Under the pieces are notes generated by a model. That model was given only the letters and a program-made list of their open reading frames with translations, was not told where the DNA came from and did no database searches. 64,000 nt of DNA from the human T2T-CHM13v2.0 reference genome, Homo sapiens, in the NCBI RefSeq assembly GCF_009914755.1, contig NC_060942.1. One strand, written 5' to 3'. This document shows positions 40,101 through 53,800 of this stretch, piece after piece (the first letter of the stretch is position 1; every line of letters begins with the position of its first letter). The position numbers and the translations under genes were made by a program.

Positions 40101-42135
40101 CATTCTCAGAAACTAGTTTCTGATGTGTGTCCTCAACTAACACAGTTGAACATTTCTTTAGACAGAACAGTTTTGAAACTCTCTTTTTGTGGAATCTGCA
40201 AGTGGCTATTTGGCTAGATTTGAGGATTTCGTTGGAAACGGGATTACATATAAAAAGCAGACAGCAGCATTCTCAGAAAGTTCTTTGTGATGATTGCATT
40301 CAAGTCACAGAATTGAACATTCCCTTTCACAGAGCAGGTTTGAAACACTCTTTTTATAGTGTGTGTAAGTGGACATTTGGAGCACTTTCCGGCCTAAGGT
40401 GAAAAAGGAAATATCTTCCCATAAAAACTAGACAGAAGCATTCTCAGAAACTTACTCGTGATGTGTGTCCTCAACTAAAGGAGTAGAACCTTTCTTTTCA
40501 TAGAGAAGTTTTGAAACGCTCTTTTTGTGGAATCTGCAAGTGGATATTTGGCTAGTTTGGAGGATTTCGTTGGAAGCGGGAATTCATACAAATTGCAGAC
40601 TGCAGCGTTCTGAGAAACATCTTTGTGATGTTTGTATTCAGGACACAGAGTTGAACATTCCCTATCATAGAGCAGGTTGGAATCACTCCTTTTGTAGTAT
40701 CTGGAAGTGGACATTTGGAGCGCTTTCAGGCCTATGTTGGAAAAGGAAATATCTTCCCATAACAACTAGACAGAAGCATTCTCAGAAACTTATTTGAGAT
40801 GTGTGTACTCAACTAAGAGAATTGAACCACCGTTTTGAAGGAGCAGTTTTGAAACACTCTTTTTCTGGAATCTGCAAGTGGATATTTGGCTAGCTTTGGG
40901 GATTTCGCTGGAGGCGGGAATACATATAAAAAGCACACAGCAGCGTTCTGAGAAACTGCTTTCTGATGTTTGCATTCAAGTCAAAAGTTGAACACTCCCT
41001 TTCATAGAGCAGTCCTGAAACACTCCTTTTGTAGTATCTGGAACTGGACTTTTGGAGCGCTTTCAGGGCTAAGGTGAAAAAGGAAATATCTTCCCATAAA
41101 AACTGGACAGAAGCATTCTCAGAAACTTGTTTATGCTGTATCTACTCAACTAACAAAGTTGAACCTTTCTTTTGATAGAGCAGTTTTGAAATGCTCTTTT
41201 TGTGGAATCTGCAAGTGGATATTTGGCTAGTTTTGAGGATTTCGTTGGAAGCGGGAATTCATACAAATTGCAGACTGCAGCGTTCTGAGAAACATCTTTG
41301 TGATGTTTGTATTCAGGACAGAGAGTTGAACATTCCCTATCATAGAGCAGGTTGGAATCACTCCTTTTGTAGTATCTGGAAGTGGACATTTGGAGCGCTT
41401 TCTGGCCTATGTTGAAAAAGGAAATATCTTCCCATAACAACTAGACACAAGCATTCTCAGAAACTTGTTTGTGATGTGTGCCCTCTACTGACAGAGTTGA
41501 ACCTTTCTTTTCATAGAGCAGTTTTGAAACACTCTTTTTGTAGAATCTGCAAGAGGATATTTGCATAGCTTTGAGGATTTCGTGGGAAACGGGATTGTCT
41601 TCAGGTAAAATCTAGACAGAAGCATTCTCAGAAACTTCTTTGGGATGTTTGCATTCAAGTCACAGAGTAGAACATTCCCTTTGGTAGAGCAGGTTTGAAA
41701 CACTCTTTTTGTAGTATCTGGAAGGGGACATTTGGAGCGCTTTCAGGCCTATGTTGGAAAGGGAAATATCTTCCGGTAACAACTAGGCAGAAGCATTCTC
41801 AGAAACTTATTTGAGATGTGTGTACTCAACTAAGAGAATTGAACCACCGTTTTGAAGGAGCAGTTTTGAAACACTCTTTTTCTGGAATCTGCAAGAGGAT
41901 ATTTGCCTAGCTTTGAGGATTTCGTTGGAAACGGGATTGTGTTCAGATCAAATCTAGACAGAAGCATTCTCAGAAACTTCTTTGGGATGTTTGCATTCAA
42001 GTCACAGAGTAGAACATTCCCTTTGGTAGAGCAGGTGTGAAACACTCTTTTTTTAGTATATGGAAGTGGACATTTGGAGCGCTTTCAGGCCTACGTTGGA
42101 AAAGGAAATATCTTCCCATAACAACTAGACAGAAG
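40101..42135 (+). repeat. 12-mer HOR
   Basis: 2035 bp, order A-F. Confidence 0.92.
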
Positions 42136-44845
42136 CATTCTCAGAAACTAGTTTCTGATGTGTGTCCTCAACTAACACAGTTGAACATTTCTTTAGACAG
42201 AACAGTTTTGAAACTCTCTTTTTGTGGAATCTGCAAGTGGCTATTTGGCTAGATTTGAGGATTTCGTTGGAAACGGGATTACATATAAAAAGCAGACAGC
42301 AGCATTCTCAGAAAGTTCTTTGTGATGATTGCATTCAAGTCACAGAATTGAACATTCCCTTTCACAGAGCAGGTTTGAAACACTCTTTTTGTAGTGTGTG
42401 TAAGTGGACATTTGGAGCACTTTCCGGCCTAAGGTGAGAAAGGAAATATCTTCCCATAAAAACTAGACAGAAGCATTCTCAGAAACTTACTCGTGATGTG
42501 TGTCCTCAACTAAAGGAGTAGAACCTTTCTTTCATAGAGAAGTTTTGAAACGCTCTTTTTGTGGAATCTGCAAGTGGATATTTGGCTAGTTTGGAGGATT
42601 TCGTTGGAAGCGGGAATTCATACAAATTGCAGACTGCAGCGTTCTGAGAAACATCTTTGTGATGTTTGTATTCAGGACACAGAGTTGAACATTCCCTATC
42701 ATAGAGCAGGTTGGAATCACTCCTTTTGTAGTATCTGGAAGTGGACATTTGGAGCGCTTTCAGGCCTACGTTGGAAAAGGAAATATCTTCCCATAACAAC
42801 TAGACAGAAGCATTCTCAGAAACTAGTTTCTGATGTGTGTCCTCAACTAACACAGTTGAACATTTCTTTAGACAGAACAGTTTTGAAACACTCTTTTTGT
42901 GGAATCTGCAAGTGGCTATTTGGCTAGATTTGAGGATTTCGTTGGAAACGGGATTACATACAAAAAGCAGACAGCAGCATTCTCAGAAAGTTCTTTGTTA
43001 TGATTGCATTCAAGTCACAGAATTGAACATTCCCTTTCACAGAGCAGGTTTGAAACACTCTTTTTGTAGTGTGTGTAAGTGGACATTTGGAGCACTTTCC
43101 GGCCTAAGGTGAAAAAGGAAATATCTTCCCATAAAAACTAGACAGAAGCACTCTCAGAAACTTACTCGTGATGTGTGTCCTCAACTAAAGGAGTAGAACC
43201 TTTCTTTTCATAGAGAAGTTTTGAAACGCTCTTTTTGTGGAATCTGCAAGTGGATATTTGGCTAGTTTTGAGGATTTCGTTGGAAGCGGGAATTCATACA
43301 AATTGCAGACTGCAGCGTTCTGAGAAACATCTTTGTGATGTTTGTATTCAGGACACAGAGTTGAACATTCCCTATCATAGAGCAGGTTTGAATCACTCCT
43401 TTTGTAGTATCTGGAAGTGGACATTTGGAGCGCTTTCAGGCCTATGTTGGAAAAGGAAATATCTTCCCATAACAACTAGACAGAAGCATTCTCAGAAACT
43501 TATTTGAGATGTGTGTACTCAACTAAGAGAATTGAACCACCGTTTTGAAGGAGCAGTTTTGAAACACTCTTTTCCTGGAATCTGCAAGTGGATATTTGGC
43601 TAGCTTTGGGGATTTCGCTGGAAGCGGGAATACATATAAAAAGCACACAGCAGCGTTCTGAGAAACTGCTTTCTGATGTTTGCATTCAAGTCAAAAGTTG
43701 AACACTCCCTTTCATAGAGCAGTCCTGAAACACTCCTTTTGTAGTATCTGGAACTGGACTTTTGGAGCGCTTTCAGGGCTAAGGTGAAAAAGGAAATATC
43801 TTCCCATAAAAACTGGACAGAAGCATTCTCAGAAACTTGTTTATGCTGTATCTACTCAACTAACAAAGTTGAACCTTTCTTTTGATAGAGCAGTTTTGAA
43901 ATGCTCTTTTTGTGGAATCTGCAAGTGGATATTTGGCTAGTTTTGAGGATTTCGTTGGAAGCGGGAATTCATACAAATTGCAGACTGCAGCGTTCTGAGA
44001 AACATCTTTGTGATGTTTGTATTCAGGACAGAGAGTTGAACATTCCCTATCATAGAGCAGGTTGGAATCACTCCTTTTGTAGTATCTGGAAGTGGACATT
44101 TGGAGCGCTTTCAGGCCTATGTTGAAAAAGGAAATATCTTCCCATAACAACTAGACACAAGCATTCTCAGAAACTTGTTTGTGATGTGTGCCCTCTACTG
44201 ACAGAGTTGAACCTTTCTTTTCATAGAGCAGTTTTGAAACACTCTTTTTGTAGAATCTGCAAGAGGATATTTGCATAGCTTTGAGGATTTCGTGGGAAAC
44301 GGGATTGTCTTCAGGTAAAATCTAGACAGAAGCATTCTCAGAAACTTCTTTGGGATGTTTGCATTCAAGTCACAGAGTAGAACATTCCCTTTGGTAGAGC
44401 AGGTTTGAAACACTCTTTTTGTAGTATCTGGAAGTGGACATTTGGAGCGCTTTCAGGCCTATGTTGGAAAGGGAAATATCTTCCCGTAACAACTAGGCAG
44501 AAGCATTCTCAGAAACTTATTTGAGATGTGTGTACTCAACTAAGAGAATTGAACCACCGTTTTGAAGGAGCAGTTTTGAAACACTCTTTTTCTGGAATCT
44601 GCAAGAGGATATTTGCCTAGCCTTGAGGATTTCGTTGGAAACGGGATTGTCTTCAGATCAAATCTAGACAGAAGCATTCTCAGAAACTTCTTTGGGATGT
44701 TTGCATTCAAGTCACAGAGTAGAACATTCCCTTTGGTAGAGCAGGTTTGAAACACTCTTTTTTTAGTATATGGAAGTGGACATTTGGAGCGCTTTCAGGC
44801 CTACGTTGGAAAAGGAAATATCTTCCCATAACAACTAGACAGAAG
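42136..44845 (+). repeat. 16-mer HOR variant type 1
   Basis: A at 42136 and 42811. Confidence 0.93.
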
Positions 44846-47800
44846 CATTCTCAGAAACTAGTTTCTGATGTGTGTCCTCAACTAACACAGTTGAACATTT
44901 CTTTAGACAGAACAGTTTTGAAACTCTCTTTTTGTGGAATCTGCAAGTGGCTATTTGGCTAGATTTGAGGATTTCGTTGGAAACGGGATTACATATAAAA
45001 AGCAGACAGCAGCATTCTCAGAAAGTTCTTTGTGATGATTGCATTCAAGTCACAGAATTGAACATTCCCTTTCACAGAGCAGGTTTGAAACACTCTTTTT
45101 ATAGTGTGTGTAAGTGGACATTTGGAGCACTTTCCGGCCTAAGGTGAAAAAGGAAATATCTTCCCATAAAAACTAGACAGAAGCATTCTCAGAAACTTAC
45201 TCGTGATGTGTGTCCTCAACTAAAGGAGTAGAACCTTTCTTTTCATAGAGAAGTTTTGAAACGCTCTTTTTGTGGAATCTGCAAGTGGATATTTGGCTAG
45301 TTTGGAGGATTTCGTTGGAAGCGGGAATTCATACAAATTGCAGACTGCAGCGTTCTGAGAAACATCTTTGTGATGTTTGTATTCAGGACACAGAGTTGAA
45401 CATTCCCTATCATAGAGCAGGTTGGAATCACTCCTTTTGTAGTATCTGGAAGTGGACATTTGGAGCGCTTTCAGGCCTATGTTGGAAAAGGAAATATCTT
45501 CCCATAACAACTAGACAGAAGCATTCTCAGAAACTTATTTGAGATGTGTGTACTCAACTAAGAGAATTGAACCACCGTTTTGAAGGAGCAGTTTTGAAAC
45601 ACTCTTTTTCTGGAATCTGCAAGTGGATATTTGGCTAGCTTTGGGGATTTCGCTGGAGGCGGGAATACATATAAAAAGCACACAGCAGCGTTCTGAGAAA
45701 CTGCTTTCTGATGTTTGCATTCAAGTCAAAAGTTGAACACTCCCTTTCATAGAGCAGTCCTGAAACACTCCTTTTGTTGTATCTGGAACTGGACTTTTGG
45801 AGCGCTTTCAGGGCTAAGGTGAAAAAGGAAATATCTTCCCATAAAAACTGGACAGAAGCATTCTCAGAAACTTGTTTATGCTGTATCTACTCAACTAACA
45901 AAGTTGAACCTTTCTTTTGATAGAGCAGTTTTGAAATGCTCTTTTTGTGGAATCTGCAAGTGGATATTTGGCTAGTTTTGAGGATTTCGTTGGAAGCGGG
46001 AATTCATACAAATTGCAGACTGCAGCGTTCTGAGAAACATCTTTGTGATGTTTGTATTCAGGACAGAGAGTTGAACATTCCCTATCATAGAGCAGGTTGG
46101 AATCACTCCTTTTGTAGTATCTGGAAGTGGACATTTGGAGCGCTTTCAGGCCTATGTTGAAAAAGGAAATATCTTCCCATAACAACTAGACACAAGCATT
46201 CTCAGAAACTTGTTTGTGATGTGTGCCCTCTACTGACAGAGTTGAACCTTTCTTTTCATAGAGCAGTTTTGAAACACTCTTTTTGTAGAATCTGCAAGAG
46301 GATATTTGCATAGCTTTGAGGATTTCGTGGGAAACGGGATTGTCTTCAGGTAAAATCTAGACAGAAGCATTCTCAGAAACTTCTTTGGGATGTTTGCATT
46401 CAAGTCACAGAGTAGAACATTCCCTTTGGTAGAGCAGGTTTGAAACACTCTTTTTGTAGTATCTGGAAGTGGACATTTGGAGCGCTTTCAGGCCTATGTT
46501 GGAAAGGGAAATATCTTCCCGTAACAACTAGGCAGAAGCATTCTCAGAAACTTATTTGAGATGTGTGTACTCAACTAAGAGAATTGAACCACCGTTTTGA
46601 AGGAGCAGTTTTGAAACACTCTTTTTCTGGAATCTGCAAGAGGATATTTGCCTAGCCTTGAGGATTTCGTTGGAAACGGGATTGTCTTCAGATCAAATCT
46701 AGACAGAAGCATTCTCAGAAACTTCTTTGGGATGTTTGCATTCAAGTCACAGAGTAGAACATTCCCTTTGGTAGAGCAGGTTTGAAACACTCTTTTTTTA
46801 GTATATGGAAGTGGACATTTGGAGCGCTTTCAGGCCTACGTTGGAAAAGGAAATATCTTCCCATAACAACTAGACAGAAGCATTCTCAGAAACTAGTTTC
46901 TGATGTGTGTCCTCAACTAACACAGTTGAACATTTCTTTAGACAGAACAGTTTTGAAACACTCTTTTTGTGGAATCTGCAAGTGGCTATTTGGCTAGATT
47001 TGAGGATTTCGTTGGAAATGGGATTACATATAAAAAGCAGACAGCAGCATTCTCAGAAAGTTCTTTGTGATGATTGCATTCAAGTCACAGAATTGAACAT
47101 TCCCTTTCACAGAGCAGGTTTGAAACACTCTTTTTGTAGTGTGTGTAAGTGGACATTTGGAGCACTTTCCGGCCTAAGGTGAAAAAGGAAATATCTTCCC
47201 ATAAAAACTAGACAGAAGCACTCTCAGAAACTTACTCGTGATGTGTGTCCTCAACTAAAGGAGTAGAACCTTTCTTTTCATAGAGAAGTTTTGAAACGCT
47301 CTTTTTGTGGAATCTGCAAGTGGATATTTGGCTAGTTTTGAGGATTTCGTTGGAAGCGGGAATTCATACAAATTGCAGACTGCAGCGTTCTGAGAAACAT
47401 CTTTGTGATGTTTGTATTCAGGACACAGAGTTGAACATTCCCTATCATAGAGCAGGTTTGAATCACTCCTTTTGTAGTATCTGGAAGTGGACATTTGGAG
47501 CGCTTTCAGGCCTATGTTGGAAAAGGAAATATCTTCCCATAACAACTAGACAGAAGCATTCTCAGAAACTTATTTGAGATGTGTGTACTCAACTAAGAGA
47601 ATTGAACCACCGTTTTGAAGGAGCAGTTTTGAAACACTCTTTTTCTGGAATCTGCAAGTGGATATTTGGCTAGCTTTGGGGATTTCGCTGGAAGCGGGAA
47701 TACATATAAAAAGCACACAGCAGCGTTCTGAGAAACTGCTTTCTGATGTTTGCATTCAAGTCAAAAGTTGAACACTCCCTTTCATAGTGCAGTCCTGAAA

Positions 47801-50800
47801 CACTCCTTTTGTAGTATCTGGAACTGGACTTTTGGAGCGCTTTCAGGGCTAAGGTGAAAAAGGAAATATCTTCCCATAAAAACTGGACAGAAGCATTCTC
47901 AGAAACTTGTTTATGCTGTATCTACTCAACTAACAAAGTTGAACCTTTCTTTTGATAGAGCAGTTTTGAAATGCTCTTTTTGTGGAATCTGCAAGTGGAT
48001 ATTTGGCTAGTTTTGAGGATTTCGCTGGAAGCGGGAATTCATACAAATTGCAGACTGCAGCGTTCTGAGAAACATCTTTGTGATGTTTGTATTCAGGACA
48101 GAGAGTTGAACATTCCCTATCATAGAGCAGGTTGGAATCACTCCTTTTGTAGTATCTGGAAGTGGACATTTGGAGCGCTTTCAGGCCTATGTTGAAAAAG
48201 GAAATATCTTCCCATAACAACTAGACACAAGCATTCTCAGAAACTTGTTTGTGATGTGTGCCCTCTACTGACAGAGTTGAACCTTTCTTTTCATAGAGCA
48301 GTTTTGAAACACTCTTTTTGTAGAATCTGCAAGAGGATATTTGCATAGCTTTGAGGATTTCGTGGGAAACGGGATTGTCTTCAGGTAAAATCTAGACAGA
48401 AGCATTCTCAGAAACTTCTTTGGGATGTTTGCATTCAAGTCACAGAGTAGAACATTCCCTTTGGTAGAGCAGGTTTGAAACACTCTTTTTGTAGTATCTG
48501 GAAGTGGACATTTGGAGCGCTTTCAGGCCTATGTTGGAAAGGGAAATATCTTCCCGTAACAACTAGGCAGAAGCATTCTCAGAAACTTATTTGAGATGTG
48601 TGTACTCAACTAAGAGAATTGAACCACCGTTTTGAAGGAGCAGTTTTGAAACACTCTTTTTCTGGAATCTGCAAGAGGATATTTGCCTAGCCTTGAGGAT
48701 TTCGTTGGAAACGGGATTGTCTTCAGATCAAATCTAGACAGAAGCATTCTCAGAAACTTCTTTGGGATGTTTGCATTCAAGTCACAGAGTAGAACATTCC
48801 CTTTGGTAGAGCAGGTTTGAAACACTCTTTTTTTAGTATATGGAAGTGGACATTTGGAGCGCTTTCAGGCCTACGTTGGAAAAGGAAATATCTTCCCATA
48901 ACAACTAGACAGAAGCATTCTCAGAAACTAGTTTCTGATGTGTGTCCTCAACTAACACAGTTGAACATTTCTTTAGACAGAACAGTTTTGAAACTCTCTT
49001 TTTGTGGAATCTGCAAGTGGCTATTTGGCTAGATTTGAGGATTTCGTTGGAAACGGGATTACATATAAAAAGCAGACAGCAGCATTCTCAGAAAGTTCTT
49101 TGTGATGATTGCATTCAAGTCACAGAATTGAACATTCCCTTTCACAGAGCAGGTTTGAAACACTCTTTTTATAGTGTGTGTAAGTGGACATTTGGAGCAC
49201 TTTCCGGCCTAAGGTGAAAAAGGAAATATCTTCCCATAAAAACTAGACAGAAGCATTCTCAGAAACTTACTCGTGATGTGTGTCCTCAACTAAAGGAGTA
49301 GAACCTTTCTTTCATAGAGAAGTTTTGAAACGCTCTTTTTGTGGAATCTGCAAGTGGATATTTGGCTAGTTTGGAGGATTTCGTTGGAAGCGGGAATTCA
49401 TACAAATTGCAGACTGCAGCGTTCTGAGAAACATCTTTGTGATGTTTGTATTCAGGACACAGAGTTGAACATTCCCTATCATAGAGCAGGTTGGAATCAC
49501 TCCTTTTGTAGTATCTGGAAGTGGACATTTGGAGCGCTTTCAGGCCTATGTTGGAAAAGGAAATATCTTCCCATAACAACTAGACAGAAGCATTCTCAGA
49601 AACTTATTTGAGATGTGTGTACTCAACTAAGAGAATTGAACCACCGTTTTGAAGGAGCAGTTTTGAAACACTCTTTTTCTGGAATCTGCAAGTGGATATT
49701 TGGCTAGCTTTGGGGATTTCGCTGGAAGCGGGAATACATATAAAAAGCACACAGCAGCGTTCTGAGAAACTGCTTTCTGATGTTTGCATTCAAGTCAAAA
49801 GTTGAACACTCCCTTTCATAGTGCAGTCCTGAAACACTTCTTTTGTAGTATCTGGAACTGGACTTTTGGAGCGCTTTCAGGGCTAAGGTGAAAAAGGAAA
49901 TATCTTCCCATAAAAACTGGACAGAAGCATTCTCAGAAACTTGTTTATGCTGTATCTACTCAACTAACAAAGTTGAACCTTTCTTTTGATAGAGCAGTTT
50001 TGAAATGCTCTTTTTGTGGAATCTGCAAGTGGATATTTGGCTAGTTTTGAGGATTTCGTTGGAAGCGGGAATTCATACAAATTGCAGACTGCAGCGTTCT
50101 GAGAAACATCTTTGTGATGTTTGTATTCAGGACAGAGAGTTGAACATTCCCTATCATAGAGCAGGTTGGAATCACTCCTTTTGTAGTATCTGGAAGTGGA
50201 CATTTGGAGCGCTTTCAGGCCTATGTTGAAAAAGGAAATATCTTCCCATAACAACTAGACACAAGCATTCTCAGAAACTTGTTTGTGATGTGTGCCCTCT
50301 ACTGACAGAGTTGAACCTTTCTTTTCATAGAGCAGTTTTGAAACACTCTTTTTGTAGAATCTGCAAGAGGATATTTGCATAGCTTTGAGGATTTCGTGGG
50401 AAACGGGATTGTCTTCAGGTAAAATCTAGACAGAAGCATTCTCAGAAACTTCTTTGGGATGTTTGCATTCAAGTCACAGAGTAGAACATTCCCTTTGGTA
50501 GAGCAGGTTTGAAACACTCTTTTTGTAGTATCTGGAAGTGGACATTTGGAGCGCTTTCAGGCCTATGTTGGAAAGGGAAATATCTTCCCGTAACAACTAG
50601 GCAGAAGCATTCTCAGAAACTTATTTGAGATGTGTGTACTCAACTAAGAGAATTGAACCACCGTTTTGAAGGAGCAGTTTTGAAACACTCTTTTTCTGGA
50701 ATCTGCAAGAGGATATTTGCCTAGCCTTGAGGATTTCGTTGGAAACGGGATTGTCTTCAGATCAAATCTAGACAGAAGCATTCTCAGAAACTTCTTTGGG

Positions 50801-53800
50801 ATGTTTGCATTCAAGTCACAGAGTAGAACATTCCCTTTGGTAGAGCAGGTTTGAAACACTCTTTTTTTAGTATATGGAAGTGGACATTTGGAGCGCTTTC
50901 AGGCCTACGTTGGAAAAGGAAATATCTTCCCATAACAACTAGACAGAAGCATTCTCAGAAACTAGTTTCTGATGTGTGTCCTCAACTAACACAGTTGAAC
51001 ATTTCTTTAGACAGAACAGTTTTGAAACACTCTTTTTGTGGAATCTGCAAGTGGCTATTTGGCTAGATTTGAGGATTTCGTTGGAAACGGGATTACATAT
51101 AAAAAGCAGACAGCAGCATTCTCAGAAAGTTCTTTGTGATGATTGCATTCAAGTCACAGAATTGAACATTCCCTTTCACAGAGCAGGTTTGAAACACTCT
51201 TTTTGTAGTGTGTGTAAGTGGACATTTGGAGCACTTTCCGGCCTAAGGTGAAAAAGGAAATATCTTCCCATAAAAACTAGACAGAAGCACTCTCAGAAAC
51301 TTACTCGTGATGTGTGTCCTCAACTAAAGGAGTAGAACCTTTCTTTTCATAGAGAAGTTTTGAAACGCTCTTTTTGTGGAATCTGCAAGTGGATATTTGG
51401 CTAGTTTGGAGGATTTCGTTGGAAGCGGGAATTCATACAAATTGCAGACTGCAGCGTTCTGAGAAACATCTTTGTGATGTTTGTATTCAGGACACAGAGT
51501 TGAACATTCCCTATCATAGAGCAGGATTGAATCACTCCTTTTGTAGTATCTGGAAGTGGACATTTGGAGCGCTTTCAGGCCTATGTTGGAAAAGGAAATA
51601 TCTTCCCATAACAACTAGACAGAAGCATTCTCAGAAACTTATTTGAGATGTGTGTACTCAACTAAGAGAATTGAACCACCGTTTTGAAGGAGCAGTTTTG
51701 AAACACTCTTTTTCTGGAATCTGCAAGTGGATATTTGGCTAGCTTTGGGGATTTCGCTGGAAGCGGGAATACGTATAAAAAGCACACAGCAGCGTTCTGA
51801 GAAACTGCTTTCTGATGTTTGCATTCAAGTCAAAAGTTGAACACTCCCTTTCATAGTGCAGTCCTGAAACACTCCTTTTGTAGTATCTGGAACTGGACTT
51901 TTGGAGCGCTTTCTGGCCTATGTTGAAAAAGGAAATATCTTCCCATAACAACTAGACACAAGCATTCTCAGAAACTTGTTTGTGATGTGTGCCCTCTACT
52001 GACAGAGTTGAACCTTTCTTTTCATAGAGCAGTTTTGAAATGCTCTTTTTGTGGAATCTGCAAGTGGATATTTGGCTAGTTTTGAGGATTTCGTTGGAAG
52101 CGGGAATTCATACAAATTGCAGACTGCAGCGTTCTGAGAAACATCTTTGTGATGTTTGTATTCAGGACAGAGAGTTGAACATTCCCTATCATAGAGCAGG
52201 TTGGAATCACTCCTTTTGTAGTATCTGGAAGTGGACATTTGGAGCGCTTTCAGGCCTATGTTGAAAAAGGAAATATCTTCCCATAACAACTAGACACAAG
52301 CATTCTCAGAAACTTGTTTGTGATGTGTGCCCTCTACTGACAGAGTTGAACCTTTCTTTTCATAGAGCAGTTTTGAAACACTCTTTTTGTAGAATCTGCA
52401 AGAGGATATTTGCATAGCTTTGAGGATTTCGTGGGAAACGGGATTGTCTTCAGGTAAAATCTAGACAGAAGCATTCTCAGAAACTTCTTTGGGATGTTTG
52501 CATTCAAGTCACAGAGTAGAACATTCCCTTTGGTAGAGCAGGTTTGAAACACTCTTTTTGTAGTATCTGGAAGTGGACATTTGGAGCGCTTTCAGGCCTA
52601 TGTTGGAAAGGGAAATATCTTCCCGTAACAACTAGGCAGAAGCATTCTCAGAAACTTATTTGAGATGTGTGTACTCAACTAAGAGAATTGAACCACCGTT
52701 TTGAAGGAGCAGTTTTGAAACACTCTTTTTCTGGAATCTGCAAGAGGATATTTGCCTAGCCTTGAGGATTTCGTTGGAAACGGGATTGTCTTCAGATCAA
52801 ATCTAGACAGAAGCATTCTCAGAAACTTCTTTGGGATGTTTGCATTCAAGTCACAGAGTAGAACATTCCCTTTGGTAGAGCAGGTTTGAAACACTCTTTT
52901 TTTAGTATATGGAAGTGGACATTTGGAGCGCTTTCAGGCCTACGTTGGAAAAGGAAATATCTTCCCATAACAACTAGACAGAAGCATTCTCAGAAACTAG
53001 TTTCTGATGTGTGTCCTCAACTAACACAGTTGAACATTTCTTTAGACAGAACAGTTTTGAAACTCTCTTTTTGTGGAATCTGCAAGTGGCTATTTGGCTA
53101 GATTTGAGGATTTCGTTGGAAACGGGATTACATATAAAAAGCAGACAGCAGCATTCTCAGAAAGTTCTTTGTGATGATTGCATTCAAGTCACAGAATTGA
53201 ACATTCCCTTTCACAGAGCAGGTTTGAAACACTCTTTTTGTAGTGTGTGTAAGTGGACATTTGGAGCACTTTCCGGCCTAAGGTGAAAAAGGAAATATCT
53301 TCCCATAAAAACTAGACAGAAGCACTCTCAGAAACTTACTCGTGATGTGTGTCCTCAACTAAAGGAGTAGAACCTTTCTTTTCATAGAGAAGTTTTGAAA
53401 CGCTCTTTTTGTGGAATCTGCAAGTGGATATTTGGCTAGTTTGGAGGATTTCGTTGGAAGCGGGAATTCATACAAATTGCAGACTGCAGCGTTCTGAGAA
53501 ACATCTTTGTGATGTTTGTATTCAGGACACAGAGTTGAACATTCCCTATCATAGAGCAGGTTTGAATCACTCCTTTTGTAGTATCTGGAAGTGGACATTT
53601 GGAGCGCTTTCAGGCCTATGTTGGAAAAGGAAATATCTTCCCATAACAACTAGACAGAAGCATTCTCAGAAACTTATTTGAGATGTGTGTACTCAACTAA
53701 GAGAATTGAACCACCGTTTTGAAGGAGCAGTTTTGAAACACTCTTTTTCTGGAATCTGCAAGTGGATATCTGGCTAGCTTTGGGGATTTCGCTGGAAGCG

